Shown: piece after piece, positions 28,012 to 36,478 of the stretch
Layout of the letters: each line of letters starts with the position of its first letter
Position numbering within the stretch: the stretch's first letter is position 1
DNA from: a bacterium
Lineage (GTDB): Bacteria; Joyebacterota; Joyebacteria; Joyebacterales; Joyebacteraceae
DNA: 64,000 nt
Assembly (NCBI GenBank): GCA_025774935.1
Contig: JALGZK010000001.1
Span: 66,331-130,330 of the forward strand
Reading direction: 5' to 3'
Notes under the pieces: model-generated
Seen by the model: only the letters and a program-made list of their open reading frames with translations
Database searches by the model: none
Told to the model about the DNA's origin: nothing
Position numbers and translations under genes: made by a program

Positions 28012-28020
28012 TGCTATACT
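28012..28020 (+). promoter_or_regulatory. Extended -10 promoter candidate
   Basis: TGCTATACT upstream of the M20 peptidase. Confidence 0.45.
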
Positions 28021-28071
28021 CCGCGGCACGATTTCGGCAGAGACACGTGGACGCCAATGCAGGGAGAGGAC

Positions 28072-29451
28072 ATGACAGACAGGCGGGCGGCGGCGGTCGA
28101 GCACGCGCGAGCGAACAGCGACAGGATCCTGGAGGAGCTTTCGGACTTCCTCTCGATCCCGTCGATCTCGAACGACCCTACGAGTGAGTCCGACATCGAT
28201 GGAGCGGCCAATTGGATGGCGGATCGTCTCCGTGCTCTGGGGCTCGACGACGTCGGCGTGCTTCCCACGGGCGGCAACCCCGTCGTCTACGGTGAGAGCC
28301 TCTCCGCCGGTGATTCCGCGCCCACGGTCCTCGTCTACGGACACTACGACGTGCAGAGCCCGTCCCCGCTCAAAGGCTGGGACAGCAAGCCCTTCCAGGC
28401 GACCGTCCGGGGCGAGAAGCTCTACGCGCGCGGCGCCTCCGACAACAAGGGCCAGATCATGGCCTGCGTCGCGGCGGTCGAGGCTGCGGCGAGCGCAGGG
28501 CCGCTCCCGGTCAACGTCAGGTTCCTGATTGAGGGAGAAGAGGAGATCGGGTCTGTCAACCTTCTGGACTTCCTGCGGGAGAACAAGTCACGGCTCGGAG
28601 CCGACGTCGTCCTGAACCCCGACGCGGGCATGCTCGGTGCGGACAGGCCGACTGTCTACTACGGTCTGCGCGGGATGTACGTGTGCACCCTCCGCGTGTC
28701 CGGCCCCTCGCGGGACCTCCATTCGGGTGGGTACGGCGGCGTCGTCCACAACCCGATCCACGCGCTCAGCAAGGTCATTGCCGGCATGCACGACTGCGAG
28801 CGCCGGGTGGCGCTTCCGTCCTTCTACGACAGCGTGCGGGACATGACGCCGGAGGAGCGCGCCGAGATGGCGGCGCTTCCGAGGGGAGACGCGTCGTATC
28901 TGGAACAGTCAGGAGTGCCCGAGCTCTGGGGGGAGCGGGACTACATCGCGGCCGAGAGGGAGGGCGCGCGTCCGGCGCTCGACGTCATCAGAATCTCGGG
29001 CGGCAGCACGAAGTCGGCCATCCCGATTGCCGCGGAGGCGATCCTCACGGTGCGGCTCGTTCCCGACCAGTCGCCCGACGAGGTGCACGAACAGCTCCTC
29101 CGCTACCTCGAGAGCCACGTACCACCGACGGTGAACTGGGAGGTGCTCGACTGGTCCGGGTTCCCGGCGTCGCTCACGGACCGGAACTCCGCGGCGGTGC
29201 AGTCGCTGAGCGCAGCGATGGAGACGGTGTGGGGACGGAAGCCCGTCTACTACAGGAGCGGTGGGAGCATCGCCGCGGTCGGCCAGATGCAGAGCGCGCT
29301 GGGTGTCGACTCCCTCCTGACGGGATTCTCGCTCCCGGACGACCACGTGCACGGACCGAACGAGAGGATCCATCTGCCGACGTGGCGGCGCGGAATCGAG
29401 GCCCTCGTCCACTTCCTCTATAATATGGCCGACGGGGCCGCCGCTCAGTAG
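28072..29451 (+). CDS. M20 family dipeptidase
   Basis: YGHYDVQ, ARGASDNKG, EGEEEIGS, DLHSG, HGPNE. Confidence 0.92.
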   Translation: MTDRRAAAVEHARANSDRILEELSDFLSIPSISNDPTSESDIDGAANWMADRLRALGLDDVGVLPTGGNPVVYGESLSAGDSAPTVLVYGHYDVQSPSPLKGWDSKPFQATVRGEKLYARGASDNKGQIMACVAAVEAAASAGPLPVNVRFLIEGEEEIGSVNLLDFLRENKSRLGADVVLNPDAGMLGADRPTVYYGLRGMYVCTLRVSGPSRDLHSGGYGGVVHNPIHALSKVIAGMHDCERRVALPSFYDSVRDMTPEERAEMAALPRGDASYLEQSGVPELWGERDYIAAEREGARPALDVIRISGGSTKSAIPIAAEAILTVRLVPDQSPDEVHEQLLRYLESHVPPTVNWEVLDWSGFPASLTDRNSAAVQSLSAAMETVWGRKPVYYRSGGSIAAVGQMQSALGVDSLLTGFSLPDDHVHGPNERIHLPTWRRGIEALVHFLYNMADGAAAQ

Positions 29452-29469
29452 CCTCGGGAGGAGGCTCGC

Positions 29470-30009
29470 GTGCGCCTCGAACTGCTCGCTGCGACGGATG
29501 CCGACTACGAGGTGGTGAGGAACCTCGTACCGCTCTACGTCCACGACATCTCCGAGTGGATGGGGTGGGACTGCCCGGAGTCGGGGTACTTCGGCGGTTG
29601 CGACGATCTGCCGCTGTACTGGGGAATGCCGCCCACGGACCCGCGCTACAGGTGGCCCGGCAGCTGGCGGGGCTTTCCGTTCATGATCCGGGTGGACGGC
29701 CGGCTCGCCGGCTTCGCGCTCGTTCGCAGGCTCCAGGAGGGAGCCCCCCCCGTCTACGAGATCGCCGAGTTCTTCGTCCTCAGGAAGTACCGCCGGAGCG
29801 GAGTGGGTCGAGAGGCTGCGCACGGGATCTTCGACACCCTCGAGGGCAGTTGGGAGGTCAGGGAACTCCTGGGCAACAGGCCGGCGCAGGACTTCTGGAG
29901 GAAGGTCATCTCGGAGTACACGCACGGCGCCTTCGAGGAGACCGTGGAGCCGGCCGTAACGGGTCCCTTCGAGATGCTGACGCAGAGGTTTACGAGCACC
30001 GGAAGTTGA
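29470..30009 (+). CDS. GNAT N-acetyltransferase
   Basis: EIAEFFVLRKYRRSGVG; N.PAQ.FW. Confidence 0.85.
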   Translation: MRLELLAATDADYEVVRNLVPLYVHDISEWMGWDCPESGYFGGCDDLPLYWGMPPTDPRYRWPGSWRGFPFMIRVDGRLAGFALVRRLQEGAPPVYEIAEFFVLRKYRRSGVGREAAHGIFDTLEGSWEVRELLGNRPAQDFWRKVISEYTHGAFEETVEPAVTGPFEMLTQRFTSTGS

Positions 30010-30058
30010 ACGCGAGCATCGGAAGTGAGACGGGCGGGCAAGCGAAGCGGGAGGCGAC

Positions 30059-30454
30059 GTGACGGGAATCGACGCGCAGATCACGTTCTGCTACACGCTC
30101 GATCTCGCAGGCACGGCGAGGTTCTACGAGGACGTGCTCGGACTGCGGCTCGCGCTCGACCAGGGCGGCTGCCGCATCTACCGCGTCGCCGGAAGCGCGT
30201 ACCTCGGCTTCTGTGAGAGGGAGGACGCGGCGCGTCCGGCGGGAGTGCTCTTGACGCTCGTGACCGACGACGTCGACGGCTGGCACGAGAGGCTCGCGTC
30301 CGCGGGCGTCACGTTCGACAGGCCACCCGCGCACAACCCGGAGTACGCGATCTACCACTGCTTCTGCCGCGACCCGAACGGCTACGTGATCGAGATCCAG
30401 CGTTTCGACGATCCGGCCTGGGACGGATGCGGAAGGGAGGCCGGCGGGGAGTAG
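30059..30454 (+). CDS. VOC/glyoxalase family protein
   Basis: FYEDVLGL...DDVD.W...RDPNGYVIEI. Confidence 0.9.
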   Translation: MTGIDAQITFCYTLDLAGTARFYEDVLGLRLALDQGGCRIYRVAGSAYLGFCEREDAARPAGVLLTLVTDDVDGWHERLASAGVTFDRPPAHNPEYAIYHCFCRDPNGYVIEIQRFDDPAWDGCGREAGGE

Positions 30455-30458
30455 GGCG

Positions 30459-31484
30459 ATGGAGAGCGGAACGGCGAGAGAGGTGATGGGCGAGGCGACG
30501 AAGCCCGTCGTCCGGCACGCGACCTCCACGATGACCGCCGCGGACTGGTGGGACCACCTCCTTGCGCGGTGGTCGATCGACCGACAGGGACACCGGGTGG
30601 AGCCGGGACTCTACGCCCTCGGGACCCCGGACAGGGCGGCCCCCGTCTTCGTCACCGCGAACTACACGCTGAGCTTCGACGCTCTCAGGACGGCGGTCGG
30701 GGACATCGACTGCTACATCGTCGTCCTCGACACGCTCGGGGTCAACGTCTGGTGCGCGGCCGGGAAGGGGACGTTCGGGACCGACGAGCTCGTCCGCAGG
30801 GTCGAGGCGACCGGACTCGCCGACGTGGTGGACCACAGGCGACTCATCGTGCCACAGCTCGGCGCGACCGGGGTCGCAGCACACGAGGTCACGAGGAGGA
30901 CAGGCTTCCGCGTGGAGTACGGACCCGTGCGCGCCGCGGACATCCCGGAGTACCTGGAGCTCGGCGAGGCGACGGCGGCGATGCGGCGGATGACCTTCCC
31001 GCTCAAGGACCGCCTGGTGCTCATCCCCGTGGACCTCGTGAAGGCGCTTCCGTTCGGGCTCGGGGCGGCGATCCTGCTCTACTTCCTCGGGGGCCCCCTT
31101 CTCGCCTGGGCTGCCCTCACGGCGGTTCTGGCGGGAGCCGTCCTCTTCCCGATCCTCCTCCCGTGGCTCCCGACCCCCAATTTCAGCACGAAGGGGCTCA
31201 TTCTCGGGGTCGTCGCGGCGGTGCCGTTTCTGGTAGGCTGGTTGGGTGGGCGGCAGGAACTCGGGCCGTGGTTCCTCTACGGGGGTGCCCTTGCGCTCCT
31301 GCTCACGATGCCCCCGGTGACCGCCTACATAGCCCTGAACTTCACCGGCTCGACGACGTACACCTCGAAGACCGGCGTCGAGAGGGAGATACGGAGGTAC
31401 ATCCCCGCCATGGTCTGGACGTTCGGGGCGGGCCTCGTGCTCGCGATCGTCCTCGCCGTGGCGGCGAAGGTCGGAGGGCGATGA
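30459..31484 (+). CDS. hgcA: Mercury methylation corrinoid protein HgcA
   Basis: Cap-helix motif GVNVWCAAGKGTFGT; VTANY; PQLGATGV; C-terminal TM domain ending NFTGSTTYTS. Confidence 0.95.
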   Translation: MESGTAREVMGEATKPVVRHATSTMTAADWWDHLLARWSIDRQGHRVEPGLYALGTPDRAAPVFVTANYTLSFDALRTAVGDIDCYIVVLDTLGVNVWCAAGKGTFGTDELVRRVEATGLADVVDHRRLIVPQLGATGVAAHEVTRRTGFRVEYGPVRAADIPEYLELGEATAAMRRMTFPLKDRLVLIPVDLVKALPFGLGAAILLYFLGGPLLAWAALTAVLAGAVLFPILLPWLPTPNFSTKGLILGVVAAVPFLVGWLGGRQELGPWFLYGGALALLLTMPPVTAYIALNFTGSTTYTSKTGVEREIRRYIPAMVWTFGAGLVLAIVLAVAAKVGGR

Positions 31485-31903
31485 TGTACGACGCCTACGC
31501 GACGAATACACTCGAATACGACCCGACGCTCTGCGCCGGCTGCTGGACGTGCATGGCCGTCTGTCCGCACGAGGTCTTCGCGCGGGAGAACGGCGTCGTC
31601 CGGGTCGCCCACGCGCCTTCGTGCATGGAGTGCGGCGCGTGCCAGCTGAACTGCCCGACCGGGGCGCTCAAGGTAGACAGCGGGGTGGGCTGCGCGTACG
31701 CCATCATCTGGTCCGCTCTCACCGGGCGGGATGACCTGAGCTGCTGCGGGGACAGGGCGCCCAGCTCGCGCGGAGGAGACGCAGAGGCCGCTCAGGAGCA
31801 GTCCCGGCCCGCAGGGTGCTGCGGAGAGCCGGTGCAGGAGAGCGCGGCTTCGTCCCCGGAGGGGGCGAAGCCGGGCGACGATGGCGACTGCTGCTGCGGG
31901 TGA
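31481..31903 (+). CDS. hgcB: Mercury methylation ferredoxin HgcB with extended Cys-rich tail
   Basis: ATGA overlap with hgcA; CAGCWTCMAVCPH, CMECGACQLNCP, SGVGCA; tail CCG...CCG...CCCG. Confidence 0.93.
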   Translation: MMYDAYATNTLEYDPTLCAGCWTCMAVCPHEVFARENGVVRVAHAPSCMECGACQLNCPTGALKVDSGVGCAYAIIWSALTGRDDLSCCGDRAPSSRGGDAEAAQEQSRPAGCCGEPVQESAASSPEGAKPGDDGDCCCG

Positions 31904-31988
31904 CGAACTGGATTCGATGAATGTGAGTCGGAAGAGCCGACGCCGCGGGGGGACGATCGTCTCCCGTCGGGCTTCACTGGGAGGTGTC

Positions 31989-32450
31989 ATGAGATCGACG
32001 CGCACCGGAAGGGCGCTGGGGTGCCTGCTCGTGCTCGCACTGGCCGCCGTCCCGCTCGGAGGATGCTCGGAGAAGAACGGCGGCGAGCCGACGACGGAGA
32101 CTGTCCAGACCGAGAAGAAGGGCGTCTCACGGATAACGCCTGAGGAAGTGAAGGCGCGGATGGACGGCGGGGAGACGTTCGTGTTCGTCGACTCACGGAG
32201 CGCGCAGTCCTGGAAGGGATCGACGAAGAAGCTCCCGGGAGCCATCCGTGTTCCCTCCAGCGAGGTTGCAGAGCATCTCGACGAGATCCCCAGGGAGGGC
32301 GTTGTCGTCGTCTACTGCACGTGACACAACGAGGGATCCAGCGCCCGTGTGGCGCTCGAGCTCATGGGGGAAGGCTGGGAGAACGCCTACGCGCTCAGGG
32401 GCGGGTACGGGGCCTGGGTCGAGGGAGGACTCCCGGTGGAGGACAAGTAG
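31989..32450 (+). CDS. Rhodanese-domain lipoprotein selenoprotein, CxU motif; TGA 32322-32324 read as Sec
   Basis: Lipobox LGGC; VDSR, LPGAIRVP, VVVYCTUHNEGSSARVALELMGEGWENAYALRGGYGAWVEGGLPVE; the rhodanese C-terminal signature lies after the TGA. Confidence 0.9.
32325..32363 (+). promoter_or_regulatory. Putative SECIS hairpin for the rhodanese selenoprotein
   Basis: AGCGCC(32340-32345)/loop CGTGT/GGCGCT(32351-32356); GAG 32331-32333 can pair with CTC 32361-32363. Confidence 0.75.
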
Positions 32451-32525
32451 GGAAGGCCCGGGCAGGACGGCGACGGAAGGACGGAGACGGGTCGAGCGGG
32501 TCGGGCCGGATGATGGGAGAGCACC

Positions 32526-33605
32526 ATGTCGGACGACGTCTACAGCAAGCTCGCGGAGCGTCTCGACGAGATCCCGAACGGGTTCACGCGCACCGAGAGC
32601 GGAATCGAGCTCAGGCTCCTCGCGAAGATGTACGAGCCCCTCGAAGCGGAGACCGCCTCGGCCATGCGCCTCACGCCTGAGCCTCCCGCTGCGATCGGCG
32701 AGCGAGTGGGACTCGATGCCGAGGCGGCAGCCGAACGGCTCGCGGCCATGAGGAAGCGTGGGCTGATTCGCGCGTCCCGGGGGGACGCCGGTCCGCTCTA
32801 CGGACTCATGCCGTTCGCGGTGGGCGTCTACGAGGACCAGCTCGGGCGTATGGATGAGGAGATGGCCTCGCTCTTCGAGCAGTACTACCAGGAGTCGAGG
32901 GGCGGCATCATGACGCAGGGCGAGCCGGCCCTTCACCGCGTAATCCCCGTCGAGCAGTCGGTCCCCGTCGACATCGAGGTCTTCCCATACGAGCGCGCCA
33001 CGGAGATGCTGGAGCGCGCGCGCGCGTGGGGCGTCCGTGACTGCATCTGCCGCGTCCAACAGAAGAAGATCGGGAAGGGCTGTGACAGCCCCATCGACAA
33101 CTGCATCGTCTTCGCGCCCGTTCCGGGCGTGTTCGACAAGAGCGAGGAGATACGCGTCCTCTCGAAAGAGGAAGCCCTCGGCATCCTCGCCGAGGCGGCG
33201 GACGCCGGGCTCGTGCACTCCACGTCGAACCAGCAGGACCAGATTCACTACATCTGCAACTGCTGCACGTGCTGCTGCGGAATCCTCCGTGGGGTGGCGG
33301 AGTTCGCGATCCCGACCGCCGTGGCGCGTTCGGACTTCCAGATGACCGTTGACGACGGGGCGTGCGTCGCGTGTGGCGCCTGCCTCGACCGGTGTCGCTT
33401 CGGGGCCATGAGCGTCGACGATGTGTGCGCCGTGGACGAGACTCGCTGCGTCGGGTGCGGCGTCTGCGTGACGGCGTGTCCGGCGGACGCGCTCGTGCTC
33501 AGGCGGCGGCCCGAGGGACAGGTCGACGCACCACCGGCGAACGGACGCGCGTGGATGGCGGAGCGTGCGAAGAACCGCGGCAAGTCGATGGAAGGTATCC
33601 TCTAG
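32526..33605 (+). CDS. 4Fe-4S cluster-binding protein with N-terminal HTH-like region
   Basis: CICR, ICNCCTCCCGIL, two CxxCxxCxxxC motifs. Confidence 0.85.
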   Translation: MSDDVYSKLAERLDEIPNGFTRTESGIELRLLAKMYEPLEAETASAMRLTPEPPAAIGERVGLDAEAAAERLAAMRKRGLIRASRGDAGPLYGLMPFAVGVYEDQLGRMDEEMASLFEQYYQESRGGIMTQGEPALHRVIPVEQSVPVDIEVFPYERATEMLERARAWGVRDCICRVQQKKIGKGCDSPIDNCIVFAPVPGVFDKSEEIRVLSKEEALGILAEAADAGLVHSTSNQQDQIHYICNCCTCCCGILRGVAEFAIPTAVARSDFQMTVDDGACVACGACLDRCRFGAMSVDDVCAVDETRCVGCGVCVTACPADALVLRRRPEGQVDAPPANGRAWMAERAKNRGKSMEGIL

Positions 33606-33716
33606 GACGAACACGCGCCGGGCACCCGGCGCGATACTGGACTCGAGACGAGAGAGCATCAAGAGCGCTGCACCGAATGAGAAGCGACGGTTCGCATCCG
33701 GCCGAGGAGGTTGGCG

Positions 33717-33905
33717 GTGCTGAATCTCATGAAGGTGTTGGTAGTGCTCGCCGCGCTGGCGTTCGTCATCGCGCTCATCGGATCGCTCACGGGGTTCTTC
33801 TTCTTGAACGTGAGCCCCGAGGGCTACTCGAGAGCGTGCACGAACCTCGCGCTCATCGCGATCGCGCTCAAGTTCGCGTTCATCGCGGACAAGAAGCCCG
33901 TCTGA
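33717..33905 (+). CDS. Small membrane protein
   Basis: GAGGAGG RBS; two TM segments. Confidence 0.65.
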   Translation: MLNLMKVLVVLAALAFVIALIGSLTGFFFLNVSPEGYSRACTNLALIAIALKFAFIADKKPV

Positions 33906-33930
33906 CCGAGAGGGCGGCAGGCAGCGCGTA

Positions 33931-34395
33931 ATGGTGACGATCCGCCGGGCCTCGACGGCTGAGGACGTGGCGACGGCGCGGTCGCTCGTGGAGGAGTATG
34001 CCGCGGCGCTCGCGTTCGGCCTCGAGTTCCAGGACTTCGAGCAGGAGCTGGAGGGGTTCCCGGGGGAGTACGGGCCGCCGGCGGGTGCCATTCTGCTCGC
34101 CGAACTCGGGGGCGAGGCGCTCGGCTGCGTGTGCCTGAGGCGTCTCTCCCATGGCGTCTGCGAGATGAAGCGCCTCTATGTGCGCCCGTCGGGCCGTGGG
34201 TCAGGAGCCGGTCGGGCGCTGGCGGAGGCGCTGCTCGAAGAGGGCCGGCGGCTCGGCTATGCGCGCATGCGGCTCGACACGGTCGAAGCCATGAAGGCGG
34301 CGAACGCGCTCTACCGATCTCTCGGCTTCCGAGAGATCGAACCGTACAGGGCGAATCCAATCGAGGGAGCGACGTTCTTCGAGCGGGACCTGTGA
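33931..34395 (+). CDS. GNAT N-acetyltransferase
   Basis: CEMKRLYVRP..RG.G.G; MRLDT; LYRSLGF. Confidence 0.9.
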   Translation: MVTIRRASTAEDVATARSLVEEYAAALAFGLEFQDFEQELEGFPGEYGPPAGAILLAELGGEALGCVCLRRLSHGVCEMKRLYVRPSGRGSGAGRALAEALLEEGRRLGYARMRLDTVEAMKAANALYRSLGFREIEPYRANPIEGATFFERDL

Positions 34396-34450
34396 CCGCG
34401 GACCTCTCTTGTGGAGGCCGCGCGGCGGCCGACGGACACGAGGACGGGCA

Positions 34451-34924
34451 GTGGCCGACAAGGCGTTCCAGGACTTCTACCCGGGAGACTTCGCGCAGTG
34501 CTACGGCTGCGGGAGGTTGAACGAGGACGGTCTTCAGCTCAAGAGCTACTGGGACGGCGGCGAGACCGTGTGCCGATTCACGCCGCGCCCGTACCACACG
34601 GCGGTTCCCGGGTATGTGTACGGTGGCCTCATCGCATCCCTCATCGACTGCCACTGCACCGGTACGGCGGCCGCCGCGGCGGCGCGTGCCGAGGACCGCG
34701 CGATCGACTCCGATCCCCCGTTCCGGTTCGTGACCGCGTCGCTCAAGGTCGACTACCTGAAGCCCACGCCGCTCGGTCCAGAGCTGGAGGTCCGGGCGAG
34801 GGTCGACGAGATGAAGGGGCGGAAGGTCGTCATGAGCGCCAGCGTGTCCGCCGAGGGTGAGGTCTGCGCGCGGGGTGAGGTCGTGGCGATCCTCATCCCG
34901 GGGAGCCTCGCCGGGGGCGAATAG
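34451..34924 (+). CDS. PaaI/hotdog-fold thioesterase
   Basis: CYGCG.LN..GL; VYGGLIASLIDCH; VTASLKVDYLKPTP. Confidence 0.88.
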   Translation: MADKAFQDFYPGDFAQCYGCGRLNEDGLQLKSYWDGGETVCRFTPRPYHTAVPGYVYGGLIASLIDCHCTGTAAAAAARAEDRAIDSDPPFRFVTASLKVDYLKPTPLGPELEVRARVDEMKGRKVVMSASVSAEGEVCARGEVVAILIPGSLAGGE

Positions 34925-34961
34925 AACCGCTGCGAGCGCGCACCGTTACGGAGAGGGAGGT

Positions 34962-35303
34962 GTGTCTCTGAGGACCGTGATCATCTTGAAAAGCGAGACG
35001 TTCGGCGACGCGCCCGAGGAACTGGGCAGCAAGCTCATGGGATCGTTCCTGCGGAAGCTCTGGGCGTCCGATGAGAAGCCAGACGCGATCGTCTTCTACG
35101 GCACGGGCGTCAAGCTCCTCGTGGTCGGCTCGCACGTAATGGACGCGCTCGACGGCCTCTTCGACGCGGGCGTCGACCTCGTCGCATGCGGGACGTGCGC
35201 CGGGTACTTCAAGATCAGGGACGCGATAGCGGTAGGACGCGTGAGCGACATGCCCGAGATCATCTCGATCGTCATGGGGGCCGATAAGGTCGTGACGATG
35301 TAG
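34962..35303 (+). CDS. DsrE-like protein resembling the C-terminal domain of selenium metabolism protein YedF
   Basis: ELG.KLM.SFL; PDAIVFYGTGVKL; GVDLVACGTC; AVGRVSDM. Confidence 0.75.
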   Translation: MSLRTVIILKSETFGDAPEELGSKLMGSFLRKLWASDEKPDAIVFYGTGVKLLVVGSHVMDALDGLFDAGVDLVACGTCAGYFKIRDAIAVGRVSDMPEIISIVMGADKVVTM

Positions 35304-35339
35304 GCAGAGGCCGCGCGGGCGGCCGAGGGGGATACGCAC

Positions 35340-35807
35340 ATGACCACGAGGACGAAGGTCCTGCTGTTGGCTGCGCTGGCCGCCATCGCCGTCGCTTGCG
35401 GAGGGTGCGCCGCGGGCTCGGAGCGCTTCGTGGCGCAGGACGCGGGGTTCTGGATGGGGCTCTGGCACGGCCTCATTATCATCATCACGTTCATCATCAG
35501 CCTCTTCAGCGACACCGTTCGGATCTACGAGTCGCACAACACCGGAGCGCTCTACGATCTCGGATACGTCATCGGCGTCATGATCGCGCTCGGTGGCTCG
35601 TGTCGGCAGACATTGAGGACGCGCCGCAAGAAGCGACAGCGGGAGAAGGAGTGGGAGGAGATCGCCGAGCGCGTCGAGAAGAAGGTGCGGAAGGGCGTGA
35701 AGGCCTGGCTGGACGAGACGGAGAAGGAAGACCGCGAGTGGGAGGAGATCGCGTCGAAGATCGAGGCCAGGATCAAGCGCGAGCTCTCCGATTGGGGCGA
35801 CGAGTAG
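35340..35807 (+). CDS. Hypothetical membrane lipoprotein
   Basis: AGFWMGLWHG...IYE..NTG..YDLGY; charged C-terminus. Confidence 0.7.
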   Translation: MTTRTKVLLLAALAAIAVACGGCAAGSERFVAQDAGFWMGLWHGLIIIITFIISLFSDTVRIYESHNTGALYDLGYVIGVMIALGGSCRQTLRTRRKKRQREKEWEEIAERVEKKVRKGVKAWLDETEKEDREWEEIASKIEARIKRELSDWGDE

Positions 35808-35932
35808 CCGCCTCGAGTGTGGGGGGTGTAGATCGGCGTTAATCGCTCCCTTCGCGCCGGGTGTCCGATACTGCGTGAGTCACTGAGGAGATGCATGGGG
35901 GCCTCGCGCGGACCCCGGGAAAGGGGAAGGCT

Positions 35933-36313
35933 ATGGAGAAGCACATCACCCTCCTCGGCGTGCTGCACATCGTGTACCACGCCCTGGGGCTGCTCATCGG
36001 TGTCCTCATCGTCAGCCTCCTGGGCTGGATCGTCCACTTCGTCGGAGAGCCTGAGGTGTCTTCGATCCTGGGGATGGTCATGAGCATCATCGCGTTCTTC
36101 ATGATCGTCATCTCGGTCCCGGGGATCATCGCCGGGATCGGGCTCGTGAAGAGGCGCCCCTGGTCCCGCATCCTGGCGCTCGTGATCGGGATCATCGACC
36201 TCCTCGACATCCCGCTCGGGACCGCCCTCGGCGTGTACACGATCTGGGTGCTCATGAGCGACGAATCGGTTCCCCTGTTCCCGTCCCAGCCGCAGGTCCA
36301 GGCCAGTTCATAG
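35933..36313 (+). CDS. Hypothetical membrane protein
   Basis: GIGL.K..PW.RI...IPLGTALGVYTIWVL. Confidence 0.75.
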   Translation: MEKHITLLGVLHIVYHALGLLIGVLIVSLLGWIVHFVGEPEVSSILGMVMSIIAFFMIVISVPGIIAGIGLVKRRPWSRILALVIGIIDLLDIPLGTALGVYTIWVLMSDESVPLFPSQPQVQASS

Positions 36314-36388
36314 CCTGGTAGCCGCGCGGGGTGGATGACGTTTCGAAGGCCGGTCATCCGGGCTCTGCCCGGGGCCGGCCTTCCTGTC

Positions 36389-36417
36389 TTGAAGTGGCCC
36401 TCCGGCCGCGATAGAAT
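36389..36417 (+). promoter_or_regulatory. Sigma70-type promoter of glnS
   Basis: TTGAAG, 17-nt spacer, TAGAAT. Confidence 0.55.
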
Positions 36418-36478
36418 CCGCGGAGACCGGCCGACCGCGCCGGCTTCCCTGAACGCGACACGCGAAGGAACTCACACC

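Noticed and set aside
31901-31903. Sec read-through of the hgcB stop (CCCG-TGA)
   Set aside because: No SECIS-like hairpin at the expected offset, and another stop follows within a few codons.
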